This document shows positions 52,264-64,000 of a stretch of DNA of 64,000 nt, in pieces (the first letter of the stretch is position 1; each line of letters begins with the position of its first letter). This DNA is from Lama guanicoe. Its lineage: Eukaryota. Position numbers and translations under genes: made by a program. The notes beneath the pieces were generated by a model. That model was not told the DNA's origin, searched no databases, and saw only the letters and a program-made list of their open reading frames with translations. The stretch is taken from NCBI GenBank assembly GCA_013239625.1, contig MU054187.1:1931757-1995756 (forward strand), given 5' to 3'.

Positions 52264-52456
52264 GTTTTCAAAGGAAGTGGATGTTCAGAAAAATATTGTT
52301 ATTGATCCAAAGTCACATAGCTGACTGGTGATAGAGCCAAAATTATGAAATAAATGTTTATTCCTACCATGGCTAAAAATGACTAAACACATTGCTTATT
52401 CTCTAAGTTTTATTTTACATTATTCTATATTACATTTAAATGGTCCTTTTAATAAA
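52264..52456 (+). other. 193-bp non-L1 insertion flanked by a perfect 15-bp TSD
   Basis: taaatagtattagat at 52249-52263 and 52457-52471; L1MB sequence is continuous across it. Confidence 0.8.
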
Positions 52457-53459
52457 TAAATAGTATTAGATATGCTGATGGTTGCACAACTTTGTGAGTG
52501 TGCTAAAACCCACTGATGTGCACATGCTAACAGGATGAATCTTCTGGTGTGTGACTTATATCTCAATTTCTAAAAACAAAAAAAGGCTTAGAAAATATAT
52601 TCCTGATGTGTTCTTGAGGGGGAAAAAAGCATTTGGAAATATATTCCAACGAATTAAGACACATATAAGAATTGAGATTTTATATTATTAGAAAATCATT
52701 AGAAATCGGGTTATTTAGTAAAGTAATGTACAGGGCAAAATCTTGGTCATCCTTTGAGATGAACCTGCAATGGCCGGCGGTACACACTTAGGCTCATGAT
52801 GACTCTGTAAAACCTGCCCCCTGGTAACTCTGCAAGGATCAGAATCTGTGGGAGTGATCTGCTGATAGATCAGAAAACACTGAGTTAAAAAAACAAATAA
52901 TGAATTTTGGTTGGTACTCCTTTAAAAAAAAAACAACAGTGTTCACATACAGATCCCTGTGCCTAAAAGCCGTGTCCGCTTAGCTGCATTCCCCTTCAGG
53001 CTCCACTTTTCTTTCTGACCCCGTGCCAGTCCTCTTTCACTCCTAGGCTGGAGATCATTGAGGGTGTCACAATCTAACGCCCTCAGTGAGAGTCACGAGG
53101 TCCCTCCCTCTGACTTATCACTATTAACATTACCATACTCTTCTATCAAACAGTAGCTGGAGGGTTTGGGGTGGGGGGGTTAGGTAATTCCCACATTGGC
53201 AGATGTGGTGGATGGTTTTTCCAAGCATCAGTTTTGTAAATTTAGATATAATTGTCACACAGCTTTACGTTTGTTTCAGGTGCTGATGCTCCACATTGCA
53301 TCGTGGTAATGAGGGTGCAGCAGAGACAAGGAAGAAGCTGAGTAGGAAAGCAGCTCTCCACGTGGAAACTGGCAGCAGCAGGCGCAGGGCAATAAAGCCA
53401 TGGTTTTGCAGGAGGAAATTATTCCCAGATGCCTGTTTACCTCTCGTGGGATGGGAGAG

Positions 53460-55830
53460 AGGGATGCTCAGCAGAGAGATGAAAAATATAATGAGAATCT
53501 AATGGAAATTCTAGAACTGTTTTTAATTCTGAAATTTAAAAAAAATCACTAAGTGGGCTGAACAGCAGATTGGAGATGACAGAGGAGAATGTCAATTAAC
53601 TTGAAAATATCTCAGTAGAAATTATCCAACCTGAAAAAAAAAGAGGGGAAAATGATAATAGAGCCTCAAAGACCAGCAGGACAAGGTCTACAAGTCTGAC
53701 GTCCTATGACCGCACATTATACAGTTTCAGAAAGAGAGGACGGAGAATGGGGCAGAACAATATTTGAAGAAATAATGGCTGGAATATTTGTCATCTTGGT
53801 GAAAGACATGAATTTACAGATTCAAGAAGCTCAGTGCACCCCAAGCAGGATGAATACAAACAAAGCCACACCTGGGCACATACCAGCAATTTGCCAAAAA
53901 CCAAAGACAAAGAGAAAATGCTGAGAGTCGTCAGAGGGAGAAAACACACTACCTACCTGGGAACAAAATTTGAACGATCGCAGACTTCTCATCAGAAACT
54001 AAGGAAGCCAAAAATCAGTGGGATAACATCTTTTTTAAGTGAGAAAAGAAGAAATGGTCAAACCAGTGAAAATGTCTTCCAAGGCTGACGATAAAGACAC
54101 TGAAGAGGAGGAGGCGGCGGCGAGGAGGAGGAGGAGGAAGACGAAAGCTAAGGATTTGTTGACAGCAAACACGAGCTGCAAGACATTCTACAGAAAGCTG
54201 TTCAGGCTGAAGGGGAACGATACTGGAGGAACCTTGACGCCCAGGGAAAAAAAATGAAGATCATCAGAAACGGTAAAAATCCAGGTTAATGTAAAAGAAC
54301 TTTTAAACTTTGATTAGTGGTATTTATAATGTACGTAAATGTGGTACATATGACAGCGATGCATATGTAACAACAGGTGGTGGGAAATGGCCCCATGTGG
54401 CTGTGAAGTTAAAAAGTAATATATATTATTGTATATTATATATGTAATAATATACAGTTAAAAATTGAACAGCACGCTTCTAAATGATTCATTGATCGAA
54501 GGGGAAATTAGAAAACATTTCTAACTAAATCAGAACTAAAACTATAAAAATTGATGAAATGCAGCTAACGTGCCCAGAGACCAGTTTGCAGCTTCACATG
54601 CCTGTATTAAACAGAATAAAGTTCTAAAATCAATGACCAGGTTCCCACTTTATGAAGTTAAAAAGTAAAAATAAGCCCAGTATAAATAGGAAGAAAGAAA
54701 TAGTGAAAAACAGAAACCAATAGATTTTTTTTTGAAGAGAGAAAAAGAGACAATTAACAAAGTCTAAAGGTGTTTCCTTCGGAAAGACCAACAAAATTGT
54801 ACACTAGACTGAAGAAGAAAATAAAGAGAGAAAGAACACAAGTTACCAACGTCAGCAATGAAAGAGAGGTCATCGATGCAGATCCTACAGACAGTAAAAG
54901 ATAATGGTGATACTATGAACAACTTTATGCCATCAAATACGAAAACATAGATGAAATAGAAAGTTTCTTTGAAAAATGAGACAGAAATCTGAATAGTCCT
55001 GTACTTATTGAAGAAAACTAATTTCTTTCGAAAGAAAATGCCAGGCTCAGATGACCTTACTGGTAAATTCCAATACAATCCAATATAATTTCTTTCAGAA
55101 AACAGAGATTTTTTTGCAGCTGATTATATATGGTCTGTATAACCCTCATCTTCAAATCTGACAGAGATATTACAGATGAAAAATTTGCAGACCCAATATA
55201 TTTCATGAAAATGCAAACACACTTTACAAAATTAGCAAATTGAACCCAGCAATTGTGACCAAGTAGGGTTAATCCCAGTAATGCAAGGTAGATTTAACAT
55301 TTGAGAATCAACGTAATTTATTACCTCAATGGAATAAAATTGAAAACCATATGATGATGTTAATAGACACAGAAAAAGCACTTGACCAAAAATATCCATT
55401 TTTGATTTTTAAGAAATGCCCAGCAAACCAGGATGAAAGGAAACTTCCCCCCTCTAAGAAGCAGTGTCTGAAAGGAGCCTGCGGCTGGTGTCACACTTAA
55501 CGGTGAAACACTCAGCCCTTCCTTCCGAAGTCAGGAGCAAAGCAAGAGCGCCCCTCTCTCTCCTTCCAAGCAACACTGTGCTGGAGGCGCTGGCCACGCT
55601 GAGGCAAGAAAGGTAAATAAAAGGCACAGAGATCAAAAAGAAAGTAAAACTGTCCTTACTTGCACAGAACATGGTTGTTCACACCAAAAAATCCAACAAT
55701 TACTGAACTAGTAAGTGATGGTCACAGGGTGGAAGGACACAAGGTCGATATGTAAAAATCATGCACTTTAGATACTAACAGAAAACAATGAAAACCTGGA
55801 AAATGTTTAAATAGCAAACACAATATCCTT
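53460..55830 (+). mobile_element. Decayed L1M with ORF1 and ORF2 remnants
   Basis: ORF 53706-53924 'IFEEIMAGIFVILVKDMNLQIQEAQCTPSRMN' is L1 ORF1p-like; ORF2 motifs 'tactatgaacaactttatgcc', 'gaccaagtagggttaatcccag', 'atagacacagaaaaagcacttgac'. Confidence 0.9.
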
Positions 55831-56028
55831 AGGTCTATCCCCAGAACTGGCCACTGCAACAACTGTACAGATGTCACCGACGGCATGATCCAGTGTCGTT
55901 CAGGGTCCCCGCGATGAGAACCCAAAATCGCCATCTCACTGGCTTCGTGTCCAGGAAAAGCTCTGCTTACCTTGCGTGCCTGGTTTATGTGTATACCGAA
56001 AGTGTGAGTGTTGTGACTGCCTACTTGT

Positions 56029-56179
56029 GGGGGGAGGGCAGAGCTCAGTGGTAGAGCGCGCACGTAACGTGCCTGAAGTCCTGAGTTCAATCCCCAGCAC
56101 TTCCATCTAAAAATAATAATGTAAAAACAAAGTATATGGTAAAAAAAATTAATTATGTCTCTTTGAAGCAGAAAAAAAA
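56029..56179 (+). mobile_element. tRNA-derived camelid-type SINE
   Basis: 'gggggagggcagagctcagtggtagagcg...gagttcaatccccagcac'; degenerate TSD actgcctacttg/actgcccatttg at 56016-56027 and 56180-56191. Confidence 0.92.
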
Positions 56180-59100
56180 ACTGCCCATTTGCCAACAGGA
56201 AGCTCAGAGCCGGGTCTGCCGCGCGCCCTGCGAAGCGCCTGCTCGTTGGTGCGCCCAGGCAGCCTGCAATCATAAAGCCTGTTTGCCCTTCCCCGTGTTT
56301 CCTACCCGCGTTTTTCATCCTGCATTGGGGGGTCATATTTGTTTTATTTAATGAGACAGCTGTTTTCTTATAACTCAAATTAGCTCCTATAATAGTTTCT
56401 GTCTGTAGAACAATAAGTACTGATCACGACCTCATTTGCTTATCACCAGTAACTCCCTGCTCGACTTTGATATTAGATTTTATGTTTTATAACCATAAAA
56501 ACAGTTTAGTTACTTTGAAGTAACTTAAACAAAAATCAAGCAGAGGCTTGTTTTCAAGAAGCAAGGAAATATTTCAGCAGGGGACGCTCTCGCACCCCTG
56601 CCCAGTCAGGAACGATGTAAAGTGCTGATAGAACGTCACTTCTGTGGACTGCCTGGAATCCAACCAAGTATAAATTTATCTAGTCACCAGCATCGAGCAA
56701 CCCATTCATCTAAAGTCTCCATAACGAGTGAAGAAAAGAACGGACCCAAGGCTCACTCGTGCTCCGTGTGGGCAACCACGCAACTCAGGGTCTTCACCAA
56801 CCCGCCCTGTGAATTATTATTTTAAGGAAAAAGCTGTCACCTCACACCTTTTCTTCTGTAGAAGACAGGAGGTATTTTTGGCACAAACTCTACATGGATT
56901 ACAGGACGGATCTGTCACCAGCAGAGTCAAAACCTGATAAACAACTCACAGGAGAAGTTTCATGGTATCCAAAGAATGACAATTATTTTCTACACATAGA
57001 CAATTAACTTCATTCCTTTAGCAGCAGAGCTTTGAACGCCCGTGTTTCACGCAACACTGTGTCATTGCAGGAGCTCTAGAGGCAGAGATAAACCTTAAGA
57101 CAACGCAGTATTCGTCCCACGAGGTTTTTAAACGCAGGTGAACGGCCAGGACACAACTCTGTGAACCGCCCGCGGACACGACACGTGAAGAGACACACGA
57201 CCACCGGCCGCTGCGGGCTGTGCGCTTCACGCACAAGTTCTGGGGGACGTGGGGCAAAGGGGACCCCAGAAGCAAGGCTCCTGGGGGACGGGCCTCAGGC
57301 AGTGTCCTGGGATTTTAGGAAGCCTGGTGGCAGACGTCCGGTGAGTAACACAGCACAGTTCCATGAGAGAGGAGTGACTCACTGGGATTTGGGGGAAAAT
57401 GTATTTCATAACTTAACTAGAGTAGCGAGGTGCTGGGGACTCACCCCCACCCCGTCCCCGTCCCCGGCGGGCACCGGGCAGCACAGCAGCAACTCATGGT
57501 TTTCTGGACACAGATAACAATTTCCTTCGCGCTTTAGTTACCAAGGGTAAACAACAGAGGTAGTGACTATTAATTTCCCTTTAAAAGTCAGCACAAACCA
57601 GTCAAAACTAACACAGGCAAAAAAAAAAAAATCCCAAATCAAACATCATTAATCTTACACTAAAAACAAAGACCATTTTTCACACAGGCAGTAAAACTTC
57701 AGCACGTCCCAGTAAAGTGGTGTCAGAAAGAAAATGAAAGGCAGAAAAAGGAGAATTCTTAGCAATGAAACCACAGAAGCTCCTCCATCTGAATCTGGAA
57801 TTAACAAAGCCAGAATATCATTTCTTTAAAATTGCTTTAAAGTCTTACTTGTGAAAGAAGTTGGAAAATCAGCTCCAAACCAGCTGAGGAGAAACGTAGT
57901 TGACAGCTTTGAAGGACTCACCTCCAAAACCTTGACACAGACACAGAATGTGAAAAAAAAAAAAGAAGACTTTCCACAAACTTTGAAGCCACGTGACTCC
58001 AACTTCAGTCCCACAGCAACTTCTCCTTTTTCCCTGTTTGTTCATATTCAAAACTTCCATGCTAATGCACACAGATTTATTTATCGCGAGCAGGTGGTTT
58101 GCATCTAGTTCTTTTGTGTAAGACAATCAGAAATTAAGTGATATGTTTTGGAGGAAAGCCAGACACCTTTTCTGTGACTGGTAATTCCTGCAAAGGCTCT
58201 AATGTACTGGCATTTTCTGAAGCAGGGAAGAGTATTTCAATTTTCAACTTTGTATCTTTGCCATTAGTGTCACCTAATTCATCAAAGAGCATTATTTGTC
58301 GGTGGTATGAACAGTCCATGAAAATCCAAGAGGGGGAATGTCAGTGAGAACCCCTGGTGCCTGGTCCCCAGCTTCAGGGTAGGGCCTTCGGCGGGGGCTA
58401 TCAGGAAAAAACAGAGCCCATCAGGGAAAAAACACGGAAAGCATGCGGAATGCAGAGAGCTGCACTTTCCAGAGCACCGACGGCGGGGCATTTGACACAG
58501 CGTTCGTTTTTACATGACTTTAGTTAGTTAACTATTATTAAAGAAGCAAATCCCACACATACATTGCTGCCTGTGAACACTGGGGGCCTAAAGGAATGAG
58601 GCAGAATAAATTTTATTTTAGAAATTACTGTTCACGGAAAAGCAGAAAACAAACAACAAACGCACAAGCAAACCCCGTGCCCGAAGACAACAGTGTGGTT
58701 TCTGGGTCAATGTTTTTCAAACTAGTTTTAACCACGTCCTACTTGGATGGCTACAGAAACCCCTTCCTCGCCTTCAAAAAAGGGCATTGAACTGTAGGAC
58801 AGTAAAATGAATAATTAAGCGCGAAAATTAAAACCTTCGAAAAAACTCCTTTTGCTGTGTAAGAGAGTCAGGCTTACGCCTGCTGTTAGATTTGACTTTG
58901 TAAATAAAGATTATTAGCCACAACCCAAGTTGATCGAAAGATGCAAGGAGTGTCTTGGGGTAGTGGGGGATGTTAAAGATAAGTTTTCTCTCAGCTTTTG
59001 TTTTTTAAAGCACAGATTTTTTTTCAACACCCAGCCCCCGTTGTAAGCGTACCTGATAGAGCTAAGTGGCAAACATCTGCTGACATCTCTGCTGAAGTTT

Positions 59101-59212
59101 ACTGACCATTTTTTTTAATCTAAGATCGTTTTTGCAGAAAGATTATGAAAACTATGTTAAGTTTACTTTTCAAAAATAGTTCTTAAGGACCCTGATTTAA
59201 ATACAATAACAT

Positions 59213-59405
59213 GGGGGCATATAGCTCAGTGGTAGAGTGTGTGCTTAGCATGAACAAGGTCCTGGGTTCAATCCCCAGTACCCCCATTAAAAATGAATAA
59301 ATAAACCTAATTACCTCCCCGCAAAAACAAAAAAAGAGGAGGAGTGGATAGCAGGAGCTACCATTGCTCCTGCTACCCACCCCGCCACCACACACAAACA
59401 CACAC
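59213..59405 (+). mobile_element. tRNA-derived camelid-type SINE with a ~70-nt 3' extension
   Basis: 'tagctcagtggtagag...ggttcaatccccagtacc...taaacctaattacctcccc'; TSD-like aaatacaataaca (59199-59211) / aaatacaa(cag)taaca (59406-59421). Confidence 0.9.
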
Positions 59406-59991
59406 AAATACAACAGTAACAAGCAAATAAACTGGGAGGTCCTTAAACGCCGAACCAAAGAATTCAGTCTCAGGTCTTCTAGTCAGATTCTATGGTATTA
59501 AAAGTAGCCGTCAACGTTGAAGAAACTAAAAATATGAGATCCCTAGAAAAATGCAATAGAAAAATATCCACCACCAGTCTCAGCCAGGTGATGCAACTTT
59601 CATCCAGAAGAAAGATTTGTTTACTGAAAATACAGCAGCTCATCTTTCCCTTGTTCAATCACAATTTCTTATTGTCCTGCTTGTGAAGTCTGGAAAATCA
59701 TGATGCAAAGTCATCATCATTAAAGTCTAGGACAGGTGTTCACGGTTAGCTTTAGGATTAAGCAGTCTGGTACCCGCTTTCAGGAGTATTAATACCTGTA
59801 ACCAAATATATTTGAAAAGCAAATACTCCGGCACACCCGTTGCTATAGAAATAACGTAAACAAGAATGAAAGACAGGGATCTCTTTCAAAACATCTTGGT
59901 TAGACGCGTTCTTGAAAATCCCTTACTTCTGCTCCAAGCCAACAATCAGAAAGAGCAGAAAAGTAACTGAACATCCGTAAAACTTTAAAGG

Positions 59992-60091
59992 TCAACTTTT
60001 ACAGCGCTTGTTGGCAAAGGTTCGAATCAGTTCACAGCCTGTTAATAAATCCTGCAATGTCGCTTGAAATTCCGAATGCTGGTTGAAATAC
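59992..60091 (-). CDS. Candidate last coding exon of an unidentified gene (YFNQHSEFQATLQDLLTGCELIRTFANKRCKS*)
   Basis: Branch-point/acceptor ctcttctgatcaatgtttcaaag|G at 60091; longest frame reads as a protein-like helix to TGA at 59994-59992; minus-strand AATAAA at 58612-58617 and 56343-56348. Protein not recognised. Confidence 0.3.
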
Positions 60092-60971
60092 CTTTGAAAC
60101 ATTGATCAGAAGAGGATTTTTAGTGGATAATATGTTATTTTGGAGTCAAGGAAAAATACTTTGAGGTGTGTTAAACCTTAAATGTATTTTGATTTTTGGA
60201 AATGTACTTGGAACTCAAATGCATCAATAAAACAGAACAGGAAAAAAAAAATCCAAAATAGCAGTCAAATCAGTCAGAGTAGTCGTCTAGCAACGTCAGA
60301 ACAATTTGCATGACAGCTTTGCATCGGTTTACATGGGCAAAATTACTCTCCCAGCTGCAGGGTTAGGAATAAGAATTCCGTCCTAAGCAGGAAGTACCCA
60401 CTCCAGTGGTCAAAATGAGCCTTCATCACTTTTTAAAATTCAGCTCAAGAGAATTCTAGACAATGACTACTTTGAGAGAGACATTTTGAAAGGGTCCAAC
60501 CTGTAAGGAACTATGGAAATCAGTGTAATGACACCTAAATAAATTTAAACAAGTTAAACAGGAAACAACATATCTGACCTTTCAGCACACTGCAGACGTC
60601 TTTTTTAGCATTTGGTAAAATTGCTGCTAACTTGTGTGGATAACAAAGTGTAACCTACATTGCGCTCTTCCCTGCAGTGTTGAAATGCTACAGACACTCA
60701 GTCATTATCACCACTTTCAGAGGCAGAGAGAACCCCCTCCCACCGCAGAGAAGGCCGTGGGAGGCGCTGGAAACCTGCCTGTGAAATGAGTGATTCTGTG
60801 GGAAGGCAGCACAGGCTATTGCGTTTCCTTACCCGAAGCCTCTGCCCGTTAAACCCAGAAACAGCTTTTAGAATGACGATCTTACATCGTTTAAATGGCA
60901 TGAAGTCTTAAAGGCAGGATTCTAGCCAAGTGTGCGTTTTGTCAGCAGAAGCTGCCAATGGGGTTAATTAC

Positions 60972-61040
60972 CTTCCCAGGACCCGACTTAAACCTCTATC
61001 CAGGAGGCAGCTAAGTTCTCGAGATTTTCAAACTGCTCGC
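60972..61040 (-). ncRNA. Candidate exon (69 nt) with stops in all frames
   Basis: Acceptor ttcacttctttatctag|G at 61040; donor AAG|gtaatt at 60972. Confidence 0.3.
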
Positions 61041-62659
61041 CTAGATAAAGAAGTGAAATCGGATGGAGGAAGTGGTGTGGCGCTGACTGCAACCTGCACA
61101 GGGCTGTCTAACCCCGTAGCTCATCGCCTGTAGCGTCTGAGGCTCCTTCATGAGGTATGGATGCTGCCTCGGTCTTTGGGGTCATTTTCACACTGATAAG
61201 CCGCCCTCAGCCCAGTTCTCCCGTACTACCCTACCTATAATCCCATACCTGTGATAAACTTCCCAGAGGTTTCCATTTTTCCTTTTCCTTTTGACTCAAC
61301 ATTGATTTTGCCGGCTAATCCCACAGATTTCATCAATGAAATGACTTTCCCTCAAACGTTTCCTCCCATGCCTTCCTGTCTCAGCCGCCCCGACTGGCGC
61401 CCTCCGCACCGCTCGCCAGCCTCTGTATGAACCTGCTAATCGACTGTGGCCTCTGCACCTTTCACCCTTCCACTACCAGAGCCAATAGCGATGTGGACGT
61501 GTCACCCACCTGGAGACCTGGAGATTAAGCTCCACCTCTTCGTAAGCTGTGGTAAGTCCATTCCGGAACCCAGCTCACCGTCCCACACTCACCCTCCCTA
61601 CACGTCACCCTGCATCAACACAGCACTTCCCACCTGCCTGCCTGGGCGCACATCCAGGGCAGGAAACACGGACTCGTGGTTGGAAATGCCTCACAAAGGA
61701 GAGGCGTTTCCTTAGTACCTATGCAAGACGTTTGTTTCTGCTTTAAAATAATGAAGCCACTAAAGTGGGTTATGAAAGCCCTAAGTGTAATGCAGGCTAT
61801 TTCTAAGTAGTTTATAGACTGGAGAGAGGGGGTGGGCCAGATAGATGATCTTTAAGAATCTTTCAGGTATTTCGGTCCATAAAGTCCACTCGGTATCTCT
61901 CCTACATGGATATTTTCAGAGCAAAGAACAGGGGGGGGAAATGGGTTTAAATTGCACCCAAAATTCAGTTGGTCACAAGGAAGAACGTTCAATAATCACA
62001 TTCAACAATGAGTCCTCTGATACGCAATATCGTGAAACTGACGGCTTCACACACTGGAAAGGCCCCACACGGGGAGGAAAACGGAGCCGGATGAAGGCTG
62101 CGTGGCTTGTCTAAGTCGGTGGTTCTCACCTATGAAGCCCCGACGTGCTGATACAGCACACCCACTGTGCATACACAGCCAAGCAGCATCAAAGAATCTG
62201 TTACCAACAGAGGGTCACTGTCTGTGAACGATTTACTTTAAAAAACCGTCGTGGACGGGGTCAAGATCACCCTGCTGGTGCTTGCTTTTCTGTCTGTAGC
62301 TGTTGTGCCCCTTCTGGGCGGCACTCAAAGCTGCGATGCTGCAATATCCCCCACGGGTCTTTCTTGCCGTGTGGTGACCATGCACCAGTTAAGGTGACGT
62401 GGGCTTCTTAAGGCATGAAGCTGACTGATCCGTCCCAATGTGATACGTTCTTTCAGCTTTCCCATCCCTTCATAAAGCACTGGGCTCAAGAAAGATGCAA
62501 AGCGTAATTTATAAAAGCTCATAAATCGTATCAGTAAACCAGACAGCATTCAGTCTGAAAAATTATGTATCAAATCCAGCAGAACAAATTATCCACAAAC
62601 TTGAGAATGAGGATTTCTAGGTGGATTTGAAAGACCTCATCAAAAAACACTTTCCTCAA

Positions 62660-62945
62660 CATAGAAAACATACTGTGGTTACCAGCAGGGAAAGGAGAGG
62701 GAGGAATAGATTAAGAACTGGGGATTAACAGATACACACCACCATACATAAAATAGGTAAACGACAAGGACCTACTGTAGAGCACAGGGAGCTACAGTCA
62801 GCATCTTGTAATGAGCTGTAACGGAAAAGAATCTGAAATATATATATGTACGTGTGGATATGTGTAACTGAACCACTTCGCTGTACACCTGAAACTACCA
62901 CTGTGAATCAACTACACTTCAATAAAAAGTAAGAATTAAAAAAAA
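62660..62945 (+). mobile_element. LINE-1 3'UTR with TSD
   Basis: 'catagaaaacatactgtggttacc...gacctactgtagagcacaggg...actacacttcaataaaaa'; TSD aaaaaacactttcctcaa (62642-62659) / aaaaaatgcttccctcaa (62940-62957). Confidence 0.93.
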
Positions 62946-64000
62946 TGCTTCCCTCAATAGTTTTTCTTTTTAATTGAGTATTCTCTGTTTTGGAAACTGA
63001 AAAAATTTAACTAATTTTAGGTAAGTTACCAAATTGTCTATTTGTCGCTTTTATTTAATAAAGAAGTTAGATACCTAAAAATATCTTAATCCAACTAACC
63101 AAATCTGGATCTGTCTGGAAGTACTTCTGTTAAATTTTTTCTGCCATTTTATTTGAAGCCTTCTGATATCAGAATAAGGTAACTTCTAAAATAACTAATT
63201 TTTAGTAACAATGTTGAAGCTTGAATTTTCCTGAATTACAAAAACAATAGTTCTTTTTGATTTTGAACCAAGACTTAGCATAGGGTCATTTCGGTTTGAA
63301 AAGGAAAACTGTCTCGCTCTGCATTTGAGCAGCTGACCACAGCTTCCTCTCCTTGACGTGTGGCCTCACTGAATCTGCGATGACGCATTCCCTCAACGGG
63401 GACGACTAGCTAATTATAAAAATAAGAAGTGTGAGGACGGCCTCTCGGCCACTTGACTGAACGCAGTTTAAAAGGCATTATTCCAGGGAGAGGAGCTTTT
63501 AATTTGCAGTGCAGAGCGCATCAAATTAACATTTTATATTTAACTGTAGATCTATTGACTTGTAAAGTTACAGGTACATGACATGTAACACGGCTTTCTG
63601 TAAATATGTGATTTTAAATAGTTTTCCTTAGTTGTACCACACTTAAAAAACTCGACAAATTTTTTAAAAAATCTTCAAACTACCCTAGCATTTTTCTTTA
63701 AAATAAAGGCACATTCTGCTGACCTGAATTCTGTAGATTTTTTTCTTTACTTTTCCATTTTAAAGGGGGATTTTCCTTAAAGACAAAAAAAAAAAGGAAA
63801 AGAAAGCCAGTGTTTCTTGTTTCTCCTGAAACAGCTGAACCCTTTAGCCATTTTCCTAAGAAGCCCCTTCAACACAAAACAAAGGAAAACTTTGGACCCA
63901 ACAGATGGCTTTATTTACTGAGGTAAAGTTCACATCTGAAGAGCGTGCCAGGCTCGTAAAACCGCACTGTCCACCCAAGATTGCCAGCCGTGGAGAGCCG

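Larger units (their letters stand above)
51660..52585 (+). mobile_element. L1MB-like 3' end containing two nested insertions
   Basis: 'acccagcaactccatgcctag...aagagaaatgaagacacatccacacaaaaacctgtac...gatggttgcacaactttgtg...tatatctcaat'. Confidence 0.9.

Noticed and set aside
53706..54257. ORFs resembling L1 ORF1p as a domesticated gene
   Set aside because: Fragmented by frameshifts and stops inside a decayed L1
55722..56378. 218-aa minus ORF
   Set aside because: Reads through an antisense SINE and L1 sequence; TTG start
59213..59290. tRNA-like A/B box sequences here and at 31.5, 35.3, 48.4 and 56.0 kb
   Set aside because: SINE heads with A-rich tails and, in most copies, TSDs; not tRNA genes

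Overview
Mammalian genomic DNA, most likely camelid. Five tRNA-derived SINEs of the Vic-1 type are present, three with a recognisable 'TAAACCTAATTACCTCCCC'-type tail, alongside artiodactyl-type L1 3' ends. The window is mostly intergenic or intronic. The left ~35 kb is GC- and CpG-rich and the right end is AT-rich. It is dense in L1, MIR, L2, MaLR/ERVL LTRs and MER5-type fossils. I recognise no known protein-coding gene; almost all ORFs in the track are chance ORFs of GC-rich DNA or decayed L1 ORF1/ORF2. There are two CpG-island promoter candidates (~27.2-28.0 kb, ~46.9-47.8 kb) and a third promoter-like RFX/GC-box minisatellite (38.7 kb). Several well-formed minus-strand exon candidates suggest spliced, probably non-coding, transcripts (27.2->6.0 kb, 47.4->46.5 kb, 61.0->59.8 kb). 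I found no evidence of a novel biological system. The best leads are these unannotated transcript candidates, a SINE carrying a transduced hairpin, a TSD-flanked orphan retro-insertion and a strong local AT->GC substitution bias. Repeat family calls come from recalled consensus sequences, and their boundaries are approximate unless TSDs are quoted.
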